DNA from: Thermodesulfobacteriota bacterium
Lineage (GTDB): Bacteria > Desulfobacterota > Desulfobulbia > Desulfobulbales > SURF-16
Length of the DNA: 64,000 nucleotides
Direction of reading: 5' to 3'
Assembly: GCA_049323655.1 (NCBI GenBank)
Contig: JBMONO010000006.1
Coordinates: 18,953 to 82,952 of the forward strand
Shown: piece by piece, positions 46,581 to 56,579 of the stretch
How the letters are laid out: every line of letters starts with the position of its first letter
Numbering within the stretch: the stretch's first letter is position 1
Translations under genes and position numbers: made by a program
Notes under the pieces: model-generated
The model's database searches: none
What the model saw: the letters and a program-made list of their open reading frames with translations, nothing else
What the model was told of the DNA's origin: nothing

Positions 46581-48425
46581 TTAATTGACCGGCACATAAC
46601 CTGCGCCAAGCAGATGCAGTCTGGCCCTGGAAAAATCAAGCAGCGCCGTTAACTCACCGGCGATTTCCCCGGAACGATTCCGGACAGTGCCGGAAAGATC
46701 AAGGCCGCTGCTTGCCGCGTCATTGACCAGGGCAATGTCGGCCGAGACATCCCGGGTGTCGGCCGCCGTCTGATCCGTCAGCTCCGAGATCCTTCCAGCC
46801 AGATTTTCCTGGGTCCGGACCGCGGCGCTGATGATTGTCGTCACCTCGGTCAGATGATGAACCAGTTGCTCGATACTGCCAAGGTTGCCGCTCGTGGTGG
46901 CGGCTGCCTGTTCGATTGCCGCGATTTTCGCCATCACCGAGGCGGTGGCCTTTTCCGTTTCCTGGGAGAGTACCTTCACCTCTGAGGCGACAACGGCAAA
47001 GCCCTTGCCCGCCGCTCCGGCCCGCACCGCCTCGATGGTGGCGTTCAGGGCCAGCAGCTTTGTCTGTTCGGCAATGGAACGAACGATTTCGATGATACCG
47101 TGGATCTCCCTGGTCGCCTGCCCGAACCGTTCGAGATCCTGGCGCGACTTACGGGTTCCGTCGATCATGGTGTCAATAATGCCGGACTGGGCGCCGATCT
47201 GCCTGGTGATGTCGGCAACGGCAACCAGCATCTGCCGGGACGAGGAGGAAACCGTCTCGGTGTTGGCTGCGGTATGCTCCGCGATGCGCGCCACCCGTGC
47301 CGCCTGTTGCCTGGTGGTCGAGGCGGCCTGGTGCTGATTGCCGGCCAGGGAAACCAGTTCCTGGGCCATGCCTTCCACCCTGGCGACGACCGCCGAGGTC
47401 TGCTGCACCAGCTCATTGATAATACCTTCCTGATACTGCCGGCGCTGCTCGGCCTCCTGCTTGACAAGCTGTTTGGCCTGTTCCTCCTGGCGCAGCCTGT
47501 TCAGGGTCTCCTTGAAGTTACCAATGGCGCCGGCCAGAATACCGATCTGATCGGAACGACCGCCATAGGGCACATCCGGGAAATGGCCGGCGCGAATCCG
47601 ATCAATGATGGTGGTGAGGGTCAACAGCGGCTTTTCGACGATGACACGGATCAGAAAAGACAAGACAATGAGATTGCTGATAACCGCGCAGAGGCTGATG
47701 AACAGATTCATCCGGTTCTGCCGTGTCCGCAGCTCATCGAGCTGCGCCTCGGCAGCGGCAATATGCTCCTGTTGCCGGAGAATCCCGGTGCGGGTCTGTT
47801 CCGCCTGCAGAGCCTCATCGGCCAGCAGCGCCCGTAAGGAAGAGATCTTGTCCTGAAACTGTTGCAGACTGCCGGCCGATGCCTGCTGCTGGTCGATGAT
47901 TTCGGTAACCACGGCTGCGTCGGCCGACGGATTGCCGCTGGTGAAACGGGTACGGGAAACGGTGCCGGTGAAGGTGTTGTCCGGGGAGAAGACGCCATGG
48001 GCAACGACAATGGCGTTGCCCTCGACGAGGGCGACAACCTTGCCATTGCCCAGGTCACGCCGCTGCTGGCGGGAATAGAGTGCGGCGTACTGTTCCCGGT
48101 TTTCGATTTTCTCCTCCCCGCTGATCGGGAAACGGGATTTGAGTTCGGTCAGGATCCGATCGGCGTGATCCTCCTGAAAAAAATCACCCAGCCCGAGATA
48201 GCGTTCCTGCAGACTGAAAATCATTTGGCGCTGGCTGTCGTTCAACTGCGCGTAGATAGTGAGCAGCTCGCCGGTCGCATTCTCGATCTTCCCTTGACCA
48301 TATCGATTGGCCAGGAGGATGGCGCCGATAAAGACATTGGTAACAATGGCCACCCCGACCAGAATCTTCATGCCGACGGAAATACGCCGATCACCCTTTC
48401 GCCACTTTGCCAGTACCGTCGCCAT
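46581..48425 (-). CDS. Methyl-accepting chemotaxis protein
   Basis: N-terminal TM, periplasmic region, second TM, HAMP, then the conserved MCP signalling hairpin ([38 protein letters not shown]). Confidence 0.88.
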   Translation of the reverse strand: MATVLAKWRKGDRRISVGMKILVGVAIVTNVFIGAILLANRYGQGKIENATGELLTIYAQLNDSQRQMIFSLQERYLGLGDFFQEDHADRILTELKSRFPISGEEKIENREQYAALYSRQQRRDLGNGKVVALVEGNAIVVAHGVFSPDNTFTGTVSRTRFTSGNPSADAAVVTEIIDQQQASAGSLQQFQDKISSLRALLADEALQAEQTRTGILRQQEHIAAAEAQLDELRTRQNRMNLFISLCAVISNLIVLSFLIRVIVEKPLLTLTTIIDRIRAGHFPDVPYGGRSDQIGILAGAIGNFKETLNRLRQEEQAKQLVKQEAEQRRQYQEGIINELVQQTSAVVARVEGMAQELVSLAGNQHQAASTTRQQAARVARIAEHTAANTETVSSSSRQMLVAVADITRQIGAQSGIIDTMIDGTRKSRQDLERFGQATREIHGIIEIVRSIAEQTKLLALNATIEAVRAGAAGKGFAVVASEVKVLSQETEKATASVMAKIAAIEQAAATTSGNLGSIEQLVHHLTEVTTIISAAVRTQENLAGRISELTDQTAADTRDVSADIALVNDAASSGLDLSGTVRNRSGEIAGELTALLDFSRARLHLLGAGYVPVN

Positions 48426-48556
48426 ACATCCTCCATCCTGTCAGGCTTCCTCGCAAGAAAAACCACTCTTGCAACAGGGTAGTGGACAATCATCAGGAAA
48501 ACATTACGGGCTGGTTAAATCTCTGTTCATCGAGGCCGAAGGCCACAGCAGGGGGT

Positions 48557-48835
48557 TCACATCCTGGCATTGGCGCCGGGCCGGATCTTCAGGGAATCAC
48601 TGTCTTCAGCCGGTTCCCGCTCCCAGGCCAGCTCAAGGGTAATCCGGTTTTTGTCCCTGCTCTGCTTGACTTCAATCTCCAGTTTCACCTCGGTCGGAAT
48701 ACGCATCATGACCGCATCGTTGCCGCATTCAACCATGACCTGGCCGGTTTTCATGCCGGCAGCGATATTTTCCAGAAACGTGACGACTTCAGTGGTTGCC
48801 AACATTTTTTTGGCCGAGATCTTATTGCTGCTCAT
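48557..48835 (-). CDS. Small amphi-Trp-domain protein
   Basis: TTEVVTFLENIAAGMKTGQVMVE...EVKLEIEVKQSRDKNRITLELAWERE. AAGGAG RBS. Confidence 0.6.
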   Translation of the reverse strand: MSSNKISAKKMLATTEVVTFLENIAAGMKTGQVMVECGNDAVMMRIPTEVKLEIEVKQSRDKNRITLELAWEREPAEDSDSLKIRPGANARM

Positions 48836-48901
48836 GCTGTTGCTCCTTTCGCAAAAGACGCCATGCGGCGACCACCGTCCGCATGGCGTCGCAGAAAAAC
48901 A

Positions 48902-49372
48902 TCATTTGTGCGCTGCCGGCGTGTCCTTGCCCTTTGCCTTGGCATCGTCCCTGGCCGCTCCCTTGTCATCAGCCTTGGCCGCCTCCTTCACCTCGGGCGT
49001 CTTTTCCGGGACATCACATTTTTTCGCGGCCGGGGCCGCCTCCTGTTTCTCTTCACCCCCTTCGCTCGTGCCGCAGGGCTGCCCCGGCGGCACGAGTCGC
49101 GCCTCCGGCACCCGGGAGGAGATTTTCAGCTTCGCCTCCTCGGAAAGCGGTTCCTCTTTCCAGGACAGCTCGATACTCACCTTCTGCTTGCCCTTTTTGA
49201 TCGCCGCCTCGACCTCGACCTCGACATACTCGCCAGGGGTGAGACAGATGCACTCCTCACCCTTTTCAATGCAGATCGTCTTTTCCCGGTAGCTTTTGGC
49301 CAGCTCATCAAGCAGCGTAGCGGCGGCGGCAAAGTCCAGTGTTCCCTCGATCGCCAATTTCTCTTTTGTCAT
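48902..49372 (-). CDS. amphi-Trp-domain protein with a K/A/E/P-rich low-complexity tail
   Basis: FAAAATLLDELAKSYREKTICIE...EVEVEAAIKKGKQKVSIELSWKEE, then a charged tail. GGGAGG RBS upstream of ATG 49372 (track start 49393). Confidence 0.6.
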   Translation of the reverse strand: MTKEKLAIEGTLDFAAAATLLDELAKSYREKTICIEKGEECICLTPGEYVEVEVEAAIKKGKQKVSIELSWKEEPLSEEAKLKISSRVPEARLVPPGQPCGTSEGGEEKQEAAPAAKKCDVPEKTPEVKEAAKADDKGAARDDAKAKGKDTPAAHK

Positions 49373-49451
49373 GCCCTTTTCCTCCCTGTTCATTTTTTTA
49401 GTTTATTGAATCCCTTACCCTGTTATCCCGGATCAGGTCCTCCTCATCCGC

Positions 49452-49712
49452 TCACTGATCGTCCGGCTCGTCGTCATCACTGTCGGGCGCGCCGACAAAC
49501 AGGGGATTTTCATCATCAAGCCCCAGTTCGGCGAATTTCTTTTCCGCCTTTTTCAGAAACTTCTCCAGCGCCTTGTCAATGACGGTGTCAACATCGAGCT
49601 TTTTATTGAGAAAGCGCGCCTTCTCTTTTGCCCGCTCGAGCCTGTTTGCCAGCTCAATATCAACATTGAAAATAACGCGCTTATACTCTTTATCCTCTTT
49701 AAAGATTCCCAT
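49452..49712 (-). CDS. Small hypothetical protein, possibly ribbon-helix-helix-like, with an acidic tail
   Basis: KRVIFNVDIELANRLERAKEKA has a strand-helix pattern. C-terminal DSDDDEPDDQ. First gene downstream of a very AT-rich region. Confidence 0.4.
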   Translation of the reverse strand: MGIFKEDKEYKRVIFNVDIELANRLERAKEKARFLNKKLDVDTVIDKALEKFLKKAEKKFAELGLDDENPLFVGAPDSDDDEPDDQ

Positions 49713-49779
49713 TTTTTCCTGTAAAATTGAATAGTAATAATATTTAAAAAATAAATTTTTCGTACAATTTATGTACAGA

Positions 49780-49808
49780 ATTATAACAATTTTTTAAATA
49801 TTGAAAAT
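49780..49808 (-). promoter_or_regulatory. Candidate extended -10 promoter for the RHH-like/amphi-Trp genes
   Basis: The minus strand reads TGTTATAAT (TATAAT at 49785-49780, preceded by TGT) with a weak -35 TTTTCA/ATTTTC. It sits in a roughly 120-bp highly AT-rich tract, about 65 nt upstream of ATG 49712. Confidence 0.35.
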
Positions 49809-49906
49809 ATTTTTTTACAGAAAAAAAACGATCACCACAAAACGCGAAACCGAAGCACGGAGCCATCCCCGTGCTTCGGTCAGCAGCTGTTCCAGGTCAG
49901 CAGCAA

Positions 49907-51724
49907 TTATCTGCTGTTTTTGTCATGTCCCACCTTCTTGCCGGGCAGATCCTTTCCGGCAACCACCTTGACATAGATCGGATTGGAGTAGAACCAGAGA
50001 TCGGCATAGGCCTCGGCCACCTCATCAAGTTTGCTGGTGGTGCCGATGGCTATCCCGTCAAAGAGATGAGCCTGGAGAACGGCAGGATCCATGCCGGCAT
50101 AGAGGTTGTCGTTTGCCTCGGTGTCCGGCAGGGGATTGCCGTTTTCATCGGTCTCCAGGGGGACATTGGCCGGCAGGTTGGTGCCGCGCAGTCGGAAATA
50201 CATATCCTTGTCGGCCTTGACATGATAGACAAAGGTCATGTAACCGTCTTCGTCGCAGTCGGTCCGCTCGAAGGTCGCGACCACGGCGGTGGTGGGATTG
50301 ACCGCCACGGTGTAGGCCGGATCGGTGGGCTCGACCATGCCGGTCACCTCGCCGGCGATGAGATCAACATGATGAAGTTCCGGCATGGAGAGCGGCTGGG
50401 TGACGCCGATCTGGGCCAGGGAGGGATTATCCATGTCAAGCGGGCAGTTGTTGGGGGTTACCGGATCATGCACCTTGATCTTGATGGTGACCATGTCGCC
50501 CTCGGCAACGGTCAGGGTCTGGCCCATGACAGCCGAGTTGTTTTTACTTTTGGCGGTAAACTGCAAATCGTCGATCAGATCGCCCATGACATGCCAGCTG
50601 TTGCCGGAACGCAGGCCACGGACCACGGCCCCCTCCCGGTTTGCATCGGTGGTGTCGATGAAGGTGTAGTTCTTCTGATATTCGCCGGGCCAGAAATCGC
50701 TGCCGCCGACGCTCCAGTGGGCATGAAAGTCGGAGCTGGCAAAATTCCACCAGTTGCGGCCCTCGCCGAGGAGGGCGTCCCACAGACCGCCGACCTGGGC
50801 GCTGTACCAGCCGTTGCCGCCATAAGTGCCGCCGCCGCTGGCGGTGCGCTCGAAGCCGCGGTCCGCCTGGGTCTGATGCCCCGGCGCGCCCTCGTAGCCG
50901 AACGCCACCTCCGGGCCGGCATTGTTGTAATCACGGAAATGCTCGATGTTGTAGCCGCCGCCGCTTGTTGCAGTCCAGATATTGTCGCGCTCAATATGAG
51001 CAAAGACGATATAGCCCTCATCGATGCGACCCTCGCCCAGCTGTTCCTGCATCCAGGCAACACCGGCCACCGAGTCGGCATGCTGCTCCGGCGGAGTTTT
51101 GGCGGTGGAGCTGACCGAAGTCGCATTCTGGACAAAATTGGTCCGTCCATTCTGCTTGACCAGGGTGCCGAAGGGAGTTCCCTCGCCCTCGCGACTCATG
51201 TCCACGTCAGAGGCGTCGAACATGAATTCAAAGGCGCTGATGGCGCCGGCATCCTCGGCGACAATGGCGGTGGAGCAGTGCTCATGACCGGGGACATTCC
51301 ACTCGAAACCGTTCAGCACCGTCCTGTCCGGGTAATTAGCCCGGGTGGCGAGGATGTCAGGGTAAACGAAATCACGCAGGCTCTGCCAGCGCCACATGAC
51401 CTGATGACCGCCGGAGAGGGCATACCAGCTGGCCGGATCGATCGGGTTGACCGGATAAACGGTGATATCATCCCAGTACTTGCCGTTGCCGTCCCGGTTC
51501 CGCGATCCGCCATGTTCGGAGTTGGCCCACCAGGCGAGCCCGTAATTGGCGTTTTGCTCCATCACCCGGAAAAACGGATTGGAGCCGTCGGTATAGTAGG
51601 TGTGCTGATGAAAATCGCCGGGCAGATAGGCCCCGGCAGGCTGCCTGGCCTCACCACCCTGCACCATGACCAGGGGCAAGGCGAGGGTGGCTGTTACCGC
51701 AAGTGCTCTCAGTGACTTTTTCAT
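49907..51724 (-). CDS. Secreted PHP-domain metallophosphoesterase-like protein
   Basis: Signal peptide MKKSLRALAVTATLALPLVMVQGGEA. PHP motifs GDFHQHTYYTDGS, NSEHGG, GFEWNVPGHEH. AGGAG RBS upstream of ATG 51724; the track start at 51904 reads into repeat I. Confidence 0.55.
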   Translation of the reverse strand: MKKSLRALAVTATLALPLVMVQGGEARQPAGAYLPGDFHQHTYYTDGSNPFFRVMEQNANYGLAWWANSEHGGSRNRDGNGKYWDDITVYPVNPIDPASWYALSGGHQVMWRWQSLRDFVYPDILATRANYPDRTVLNGFEWNVPGHEHCSTAIVAEDAGAISAFEFMFDASDVDMSREGEGTPFGTLVKQNGRTNFVQNATSVSSTAKTPPEQHADSVAGVAWMQEQLGEGRIDEGYIVFAHIERDNIWTATSGGGYNIEHFRDYNNAGPEVAFGYEGAPGHQTQADRGFERTASGGGTYGGNGWYSAQVGGLWDALLGEGRNWWNFASSDFHAHWSVGGSDFWPGEYQKNYTFIDTTDANREGAVVRGLRSGNSWHVMGDLIDDLQFTAKSKNNSAVMGQTLTVAEGDMVTIKIKVHDPVTPNNCPLDMDNPSLAQIGVTQPLSMPELHHVDLIAGEVTGMVEPTDPAYTVAVNPTTAVVATFERTDCDEDGYMTFVYHVKADKDMYFRLRGTNLPANVPLETDENGNPLPDTEANDNLYAGMDPAVLQAHLFDGIAIGTTSKLDEVAEAYADLWFYSNPIYVKVVAGKDLPGKKVGHDKNSR

Positions 51725-51867
51725 TTTTTCGCTCCTTTTTTTTGCTGTATGTTTTATATGACAATGAAAAACAATCGCCCCACTGGCGTCCACATTTTGA
51801 ACGAAAGCGAACCGATGTCGCATTTCCAGCAGCACACGGCCACTTTGTTCCCAGCTAAAGCAATGAC

Positions 51868-51997
51868 AAACCCGTAAAAAGTCTTTTTTCACCACAGAGC
51901 GCACTGAGAACGCAGAGAAAACATATTTAATTACAATTAGTTATCTCTGTGCGCTCTGTGGTCTCTGTGGTTAATTTTCACTTTATTACGAGACCAT
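51868..51997 (+). repeat. MITE-like intergenic repeat, copy I (best-preserved copy)
   Basis: AAACCCGTAAAAAGTCTTTTTTCACCACAGAGCGCACTGAGAACGCAGAGAAAACATATTTAATTACAATTAGTTATCTCTGTGCGCTCTGTGGTCTCTGTGGTTAATTTTCACTTTATTACGAGACCAT. The arms pair at 17 of 18 positions. Confidence 0.92.
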
Positions 51998-52356
51998 AAA
52001 GCAATAAATACCCGGCAAATATGAGGATGGGATCAGAATGACGACAGTTTTCCGTATGGAAATTATGAGGATCTCATTTACAGAGCACAAAAAAAGGACA
52101 GGCAATCCAACCCTCGACAAAACAAGAAGAAAAGTATGCAACAAAAAGCTAACGGAAACAAAACAGACAACAAATACTGACACGGTAAAGTGAAATCACT
52201 GAAGGACGCCATTGACCACGTTCGGGCTTCCCTTCACGCATGATCCCTCCAATCGGCCGGGACGATGATCCCCACCAGAGCATCTTTCATCGTCCCGGCC
52301 ACCCCCCATCCCGAAGGTTATCGCCCTCCCGGGCAGGCCGGCAGACAAGGAGTCGC

Positions 52357-53688
52357 ATGTCGAAAAGAAAAAAGATCTTCATCCTCGACACCAACGTCAT
52401 CCTCCACGATTCATCTTGCATCAACCAGTTTCAGGAACACGACATCATGATCCCCATCACCGTTCTTGAGGAGCTCGACCACTTCAAGAAGGGCAATCAG
52501 TCCGTCAACTACCATGCCCGGCAGTTTGCCAGATCACTGGACGAATTGAGCGGTGACAAGCTCTTCAACGGCGGCATCCGCATCGGCCCCAGCCGGGGAA
52601 AAATCTCCGTCCGCCTTGAACGGGAGATTCACCCCGACATCCGCGCCAACTTCCATTCCGCCAAGGCGGATCACCACATCATCAATATCGCCTACCACGA
52701 GGCGCGTGACAACGACTGCCGGCAGGTGATCCTGGTGACCAAGGACGTCAACATGCGGATGAAGGCCAAGGCGGTGGGTCTGCTGGCCCAGGACTACACG
52801 ACGGACCATATCAAGGATATCTCTTCCCTGTATGCCGGCTACCGGTTGGTGGAAAACGTGGCGGACACCGTAATTAACAGGCTGCATGCCGGTGACGAGG
52901 AAAGGGTGACGGCAGAGGAGATTGCGAGCGACTTAACGCCGCTCAACAATGAATATTTGATACTGCGCAACGGCAGAAAATCGGCACTCGCCTTCAGAGA
53001 TGGAGAAACGGGACTGATTCGACGGATCGAACGGCAGGAGGGCTACGGCATCCAGCCGCGCAACGCGGAACAGAGTTTTGCCTTGCACGCCCTGCAGCAT
53101 GCCGCGGTGCCGCTCGTCACTATCTCCGGCAAGGCGGGCACCGGCAAAACCCTGCTCGCCCTGGCGGCGGCTCTCGAAAAAAGGCGGCAGTACCGGCAGA
53201 TTCTGCTCGCCCGACCGGTGGTGCCGCTCAGCAACAAGGACATCGGCTACCTGCCCGGCGACATCCATTCGAAGCTCAAACCTTACATGCAGCCGCTGCA
53301 CGACAACCTCGGCGTCATTCGCAACCAGTTCGCCGAGGGCAGTGACCGGGCCGGCACCATCCACAAGATGCTGGAGAATGAAAAACTGATCATCGAACCG
53401 CTCGCCTATATCCGCGGCCGCAGCCTGGTCGGCATCTACCTCATCGTCGACGAGGCGCAGAACCTCACCCCGCATGAGGCGAAAACCATCATCACCCGGG
53501 CCGGTGAAGGGACGAAGATCGTCTTCACCGGCGACATCTTCCAGATCGACCACCCCTACCTCGATAGTCTGTCAAACGGCCTCAGCCACCTGATCGACAA
53601 AATGCAGGGCCACCGGCTTTATGCCCACATCAATCTGCAAAAAGGCGAACGGTCGGAACTGGCGGAGCTGGCCAGCAATCTCCTGTAA
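52357..53688 (+). CDS. PIN + PhoH-like ATPase protein (YlaK-type)
   Basis: PIN N-terminus KIFILDTNVILHD...ITVLEELD. PhoH P-loop ISGKAGTGKTLLALAAAL, IVDEAQN. AAGGAG RBS upstream of ATG 52357. Confidence 0.85.
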   Translation: MSKRKKIFILDTNVILHDSSCINQFQEHDIMIPITVLEELDHFKKGNQSVNYHARQFARSLDELSGDKLFNGGIRIGPSRGKISVRLEREIHPDIRANFHSAKADHHIINIAYHEARDNDCRQVILVTKDVNMRMKAKAVGLLAQDYTTDHIKDISSLYAGYRLVENVADTVINRLHAGDEERVTAEEIASDLTPLNNEYLILRNGRKSALAFRDGETGLIRRIERQEGYGIQPRNAEQSFALHALQHAAVPLVTISGKAGTGKTLLALAAALEKRRQYRQILLARPVVPLSNKDIGYLPGDIHSKLKPYMQPLHDNLGVIRNQFAEGSDRAGTIHKMLENEKLIIEPLAYIRGRSLVGIYLIVDEAQNLTPHEAKTIITRAGEGTKIVFTGDIFQIDHPYLDSLSNGLSHLIDKMQGHRLYAHINLQKGERSELAELASNLL

Positions 53689-53735
53689 CCCCGACCGTCC
53701 CGTCCCGACGCAAAGAGGGCGAGAACGAATGAAAC

Positions 53736-55580
53736 TCACCTTTGCACTACCGGCAGGAGAATGGAAAAGGTTGATCCCTCGCCCTCGCGGCTCTCCACCG
53801 CCACCTCGCCGTCGTGAGCCTGGACGATATGCTTGACGATGGCAAGCCCCAGGCCGGTGCCACCCAGTTTGCGGCTGCGTGCCTTGTCGCTGCGGTAAAA
53901 GCGCTCGAAAAGTCGCGGCAGATGCTGCCTGGCGATGCCGACGCCGAAATCACGCACACTGATGACGATCCTTTTCCCGCCCCTGACATCCTCCTGCTCC
54001 GCCGCCCGGACGAGAACCTCGCTGTTTGCCTCGCTGTACTTGATGGCGTTGACCACCAGATTGACAACAGCCTGTTCAAGCAAGGTCTCGTTGACCCTGG
54101 CCTGGAGATGTTCCGGACAGGACAGGGCAATATGGATATTCTTTTCCGCCGCCTTCATCCGGCAGGTCAGCACCGCCTCTTCGAGCACCGGATAAAGCAT
54201 CTGTTTTTTCAGCACCACCTCATGGTCTTCCGACTGTTTTTCAATCCGGGACAGGGCGAGCAGATCCTCGATAATGGCATAAAGCAGATCACTCTGCTTA
54301 AGAACGATCCGCAAAAAGGAAACCGCCTCCTCCCGCTTGTCGATCGCCCCGTCAAGCAGGGTCTCGACATAGCCCTTGATCGAGGTGATGGGTGTTTTCA
54401 GCTCGTGGGAGACGTTGGCGACAAAATCACGACGAACATTCTCGAGCCGCCGCAGCCGGGTGACGTCGTTCAAGACGACCAGCACGCCGATGTTGCGGCC
54501 GCCGTCATAAAGGGGAACGCCGTTGGTCTGCAGATAGCGTTCCTGCTGCCCTTCCTGGGCGGTTATTTCTCCCTGCAGGGGTAACAGCGTTGTGAGAATT
54601 TCCCGAATCTGCCGCTGCAGGTCAACGTTGCGGATCACCTCCTGAATCGTCTTGCCGCCAACTTCACGCGGATCGACGGCGAATACCGCGGCCGCCGCCT
54701 GATTCATCCTGATCACCCGCTCTTCCGTGTCGCAGGCGATGACCCCTTCGGCCATGCCGGCAAAAAGAGTCTCCAGTTCGTTGCGCTGGCGGCTGATCGT
54801 CCTGATCCGCTCATTAAGCTGACCGGCCATCCGCTCCATGGCGTCGGCCAGGGCGGTCACCTCAAGCGAGGCTGCTTCCTTGTTCCGCAGGGACATGCCC
54901 CGGCTGAAATCACCCATGGAAAACCGTTCGGCGCTCTGCCTGATCTCCTCAAGCGGCCTGCTGATCCGGCGGGAGACCAGCAGGGTGATCAAAGCGGCGA
55001 CCAGCACAACAACGATGGCGCCCAGGCCGATCCTGATCTGCACGTCTCTGAGCGTCTCGCTGATGGCGGTGACCGGAATCGCCACCCGCAGGACACCGGC
55101 GACCCGGACGCCGGCCTCGGCGCGCGGGCCGGGATGCACCTCCTGGCCGGGCAGGGGAATCGCAACATAGAGCATGGTCTGTTGCAGCGTTTTACTGAAA
55201 CGGAGAGCACTGCCAATGCCCCCGTCATAAGCGGTCAAAATCTCGGGTCGGCTGCCGTGCGGCTCCATCACCGCAGGGTTTTCATCAGAGTCGGCGACCA
55301 CGGCGCCGGCGGGGTCGATGACGGTGATCCGGGTCCGCGCCTCACGACCGGATTTGCGGATAAAGTCACGCAATTCGGCAAGCCGGCCGGCAGCCAGCAA
55401 ATCGGCGCTCCGCTCCCGCACCAGATAGGCCCGGGCCTGCAAACCGGCGGTCATCTGCTGATAATAGAAATCCCGCAAAGCCGAGGTGCCGTACCAGGTG
55501 ACCGCGAGCATGGCTGCCAGGGTAATAACGAGGTTTGCCGGAAAAATCTGCCAGATCAGCTTTTTATGACGGTAGTGCAT
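53736..55580 (-). CDS. phoR: Phosphate-regulon-type sensor histidine kinase (TM-HAMP-PAS-HisKA-HATPase)
   Basis: H-box FVANVSHELKTPITSIKGY, N/G boxes NAIKYS, DFGVGI, GGTGLGLAIV. Located next to phoB/phoU/pst. Confidence 0.7.
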   Translation of the reverse strand: MHYRHKKLIWQIFPANLVITLAAMLAVTWYGTSALRDFYYQQMTAGLQARAYLVRERSADLLAAGRLAELRDFIRKSGREARTRITVIDPAGAVVADSDENPAVMEPHGSRPEILTAYDGGIGSALRFSKTLQQTMLYVAIPLPGQEVHPGPRAEAGVRVAGVLRVAIPVTAISETLRDVQIRIGLGAIVVVLVAALITLLVSRRISRPLEEIRQSAERFSMGDFSRGMSLRNKEAASLEVTALADAMERMAGQLNERIRTISRQRNELETLFAGMAEGVIACDTEERVIRMNQAAAAVFAVDPREVGGKTIQEVIRNVDLQRQIREILTTLLPLQGEITAQEGQQERYLQTNGVPLYDGGRNIGVLVVLNDVTRLRRLENVRRDFVANVSHELKTPITSIKGYVETLLDGAIDKREEAVSFLRIVLKQSDLLYAIIEDLLALSRIEKQSEDHEVVLKKQMLYPVLEEAVLTCRMKAAEKNIHIALSCPEHLQARVNETLLEQAVVNLVVNAIKYSEANSEVLVRAAEQEDVRGGKRIVISVRDFGVGIARQHLPRLFERFYRSDKARSRKLGGTGLGLAIVKHIVQAHDGEVAVESREGEGSTFSILLPVVQR

Positions 55581-55589
55581 GGAATCTCC

Positions 55590-56288
55590 TCATTCCTTGA
55601 AGCGGTAACCGACCCCGCGCACCGTTTCGATACAACTGCCCGCCTCCCCCATCTTTTTGCGCAACCCGAAGATCTGTACGTCAATGGCTCGGGGAGTGAC
55701 GAGAAAATCATAGCCGCGCACCGCATCGATGATCTGCTGGCGGGAAAAAACCCAACCTGGCTTGCCGGCGAGCAGATGAAGGATGCCGAATTCGGTCATG
55801 GTCAGTTGCAGCACCTGACCGTTCAACCTGACCTCATGCCGGCCGGGATGGATCTCCAGCCCCTGGAGAACGATACTGCCGCTCTTTTTCTCAACATGGG
55901 TTTCCGCCTGCTCAGCCCGCCGACGCAGCAGGGCCTTGATCCGGGCAATGAGCACCTTGGGACTGAACGGTTTTGTCACATAATCATCAGCCCCGACCTC
56001 AAGCCCGGCCACCACGTCGTCCTCCTCGCCCTTGGCGGTCAGCATCAGGACGGGAATAACCCGCAACTGCTCGCTTTTCTTGATGGCCCGACAGACTTCG
56101 ATGCCGCTGACACCGGGCAGCATCAGATCGAGCAGCACGCAATCCACCGCATTCACCTTCAGCTTGTCCATCCCCTCCTCGCCGGTATCGGCGCAGATCA
56201 CATGAAAACCGGCCTTGATGAGATTGTAACTGACCAGCTGCTGGATATCCTCGTCGTCCTCAACGATCAGAATCGTGGCCCTGCCCAT
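55590..56288 (-). CDS. phoB: OmpR-family response regulator, PhoB-like
   Basis: ATILIVEDDEDI...LLDLMLPG...LTAKG receiver domain and a winged-helix C-terminus (IETVRGVGYRF). Start ATG 56288 with a GGAGA RBS. Confidence 0.75.
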   Translation of the reverse strand: MGRATILIVEDDEDIQQLVSYNLIKAGFHVICADTGEEGMDKLKVNAVDCVLLDLMLPGVSGIEVCRAIKKSEQLRVIPVLMLTAKGEEDDVVAGLEVGADDYVTKPFSPKVLIARIKALLRRRAEQAETHVEKKSGSIVLQGLEIHPGRHEVRLNGQVLQLTMTEFGILHLLAGKPGWVFSRQQIIDAVRGYDFLVTPRAIDVQIFGLRKKMGEAGSCIETVRGVGYRFKE

Positions 56289-56424
56289 ACCGTCTCCTGC
56301 ATCATTTTTTGCATGTGCCAATCCCCTTTTCCAGTTGAGTCTTTTCTGCAAAACGAAGGAGCTTGCCCCCTTTTCTTCCCTTACTATGCAGATTTTTCTT
56401 TTCCCGCAAGACGATTTGCGAATC

Positions 56425-56457
56425 GTAACGCAATCTTAACATTCTCTTAACTGAAGC
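56425..56457. promoter_or_regulatory. Candidate Pho-box-like triple direct repeat (11-bp period) in the phoB / phoU-pst divergent region
   Basis: GTAACGCAATC TTAACATTCTC TTAACTGAAGC: (G/T)TAAC repeats at 56425, 56436 and 56447, one helical turn apart, as expected for tandem PhoB/OmpR-family dimer sites. Confidence 0.35.
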
Positions 56458-56579
56458 CAAATTTTTGTCTCGTAGGATGGGCAAATGTGATAGTTTGAAA
56501 GAAAAATCAACCGACCTGCCACGCGTGATCTCAATACCGGCAGAAAAGGGAACGCCATCAACTATCACCCGGAAAGGAG

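Noticed and set aside
49871-51715. 614-aa plus-strand ORF.
   Set aside because: It is antisense to the secreted PHP-domain gene, which has a signal peptide, PHP motifs and a strong RBS.
51986-52183. 65-aa very hydrophobic minus-strand ORF in the AT-rich island.
   Set aside because: Its F/L/V/I-rich sequence is what an AT/T-rich stretch yields by chance. There is no RBS. The region is discussed instead for its conserved ATGAGGAT motif.
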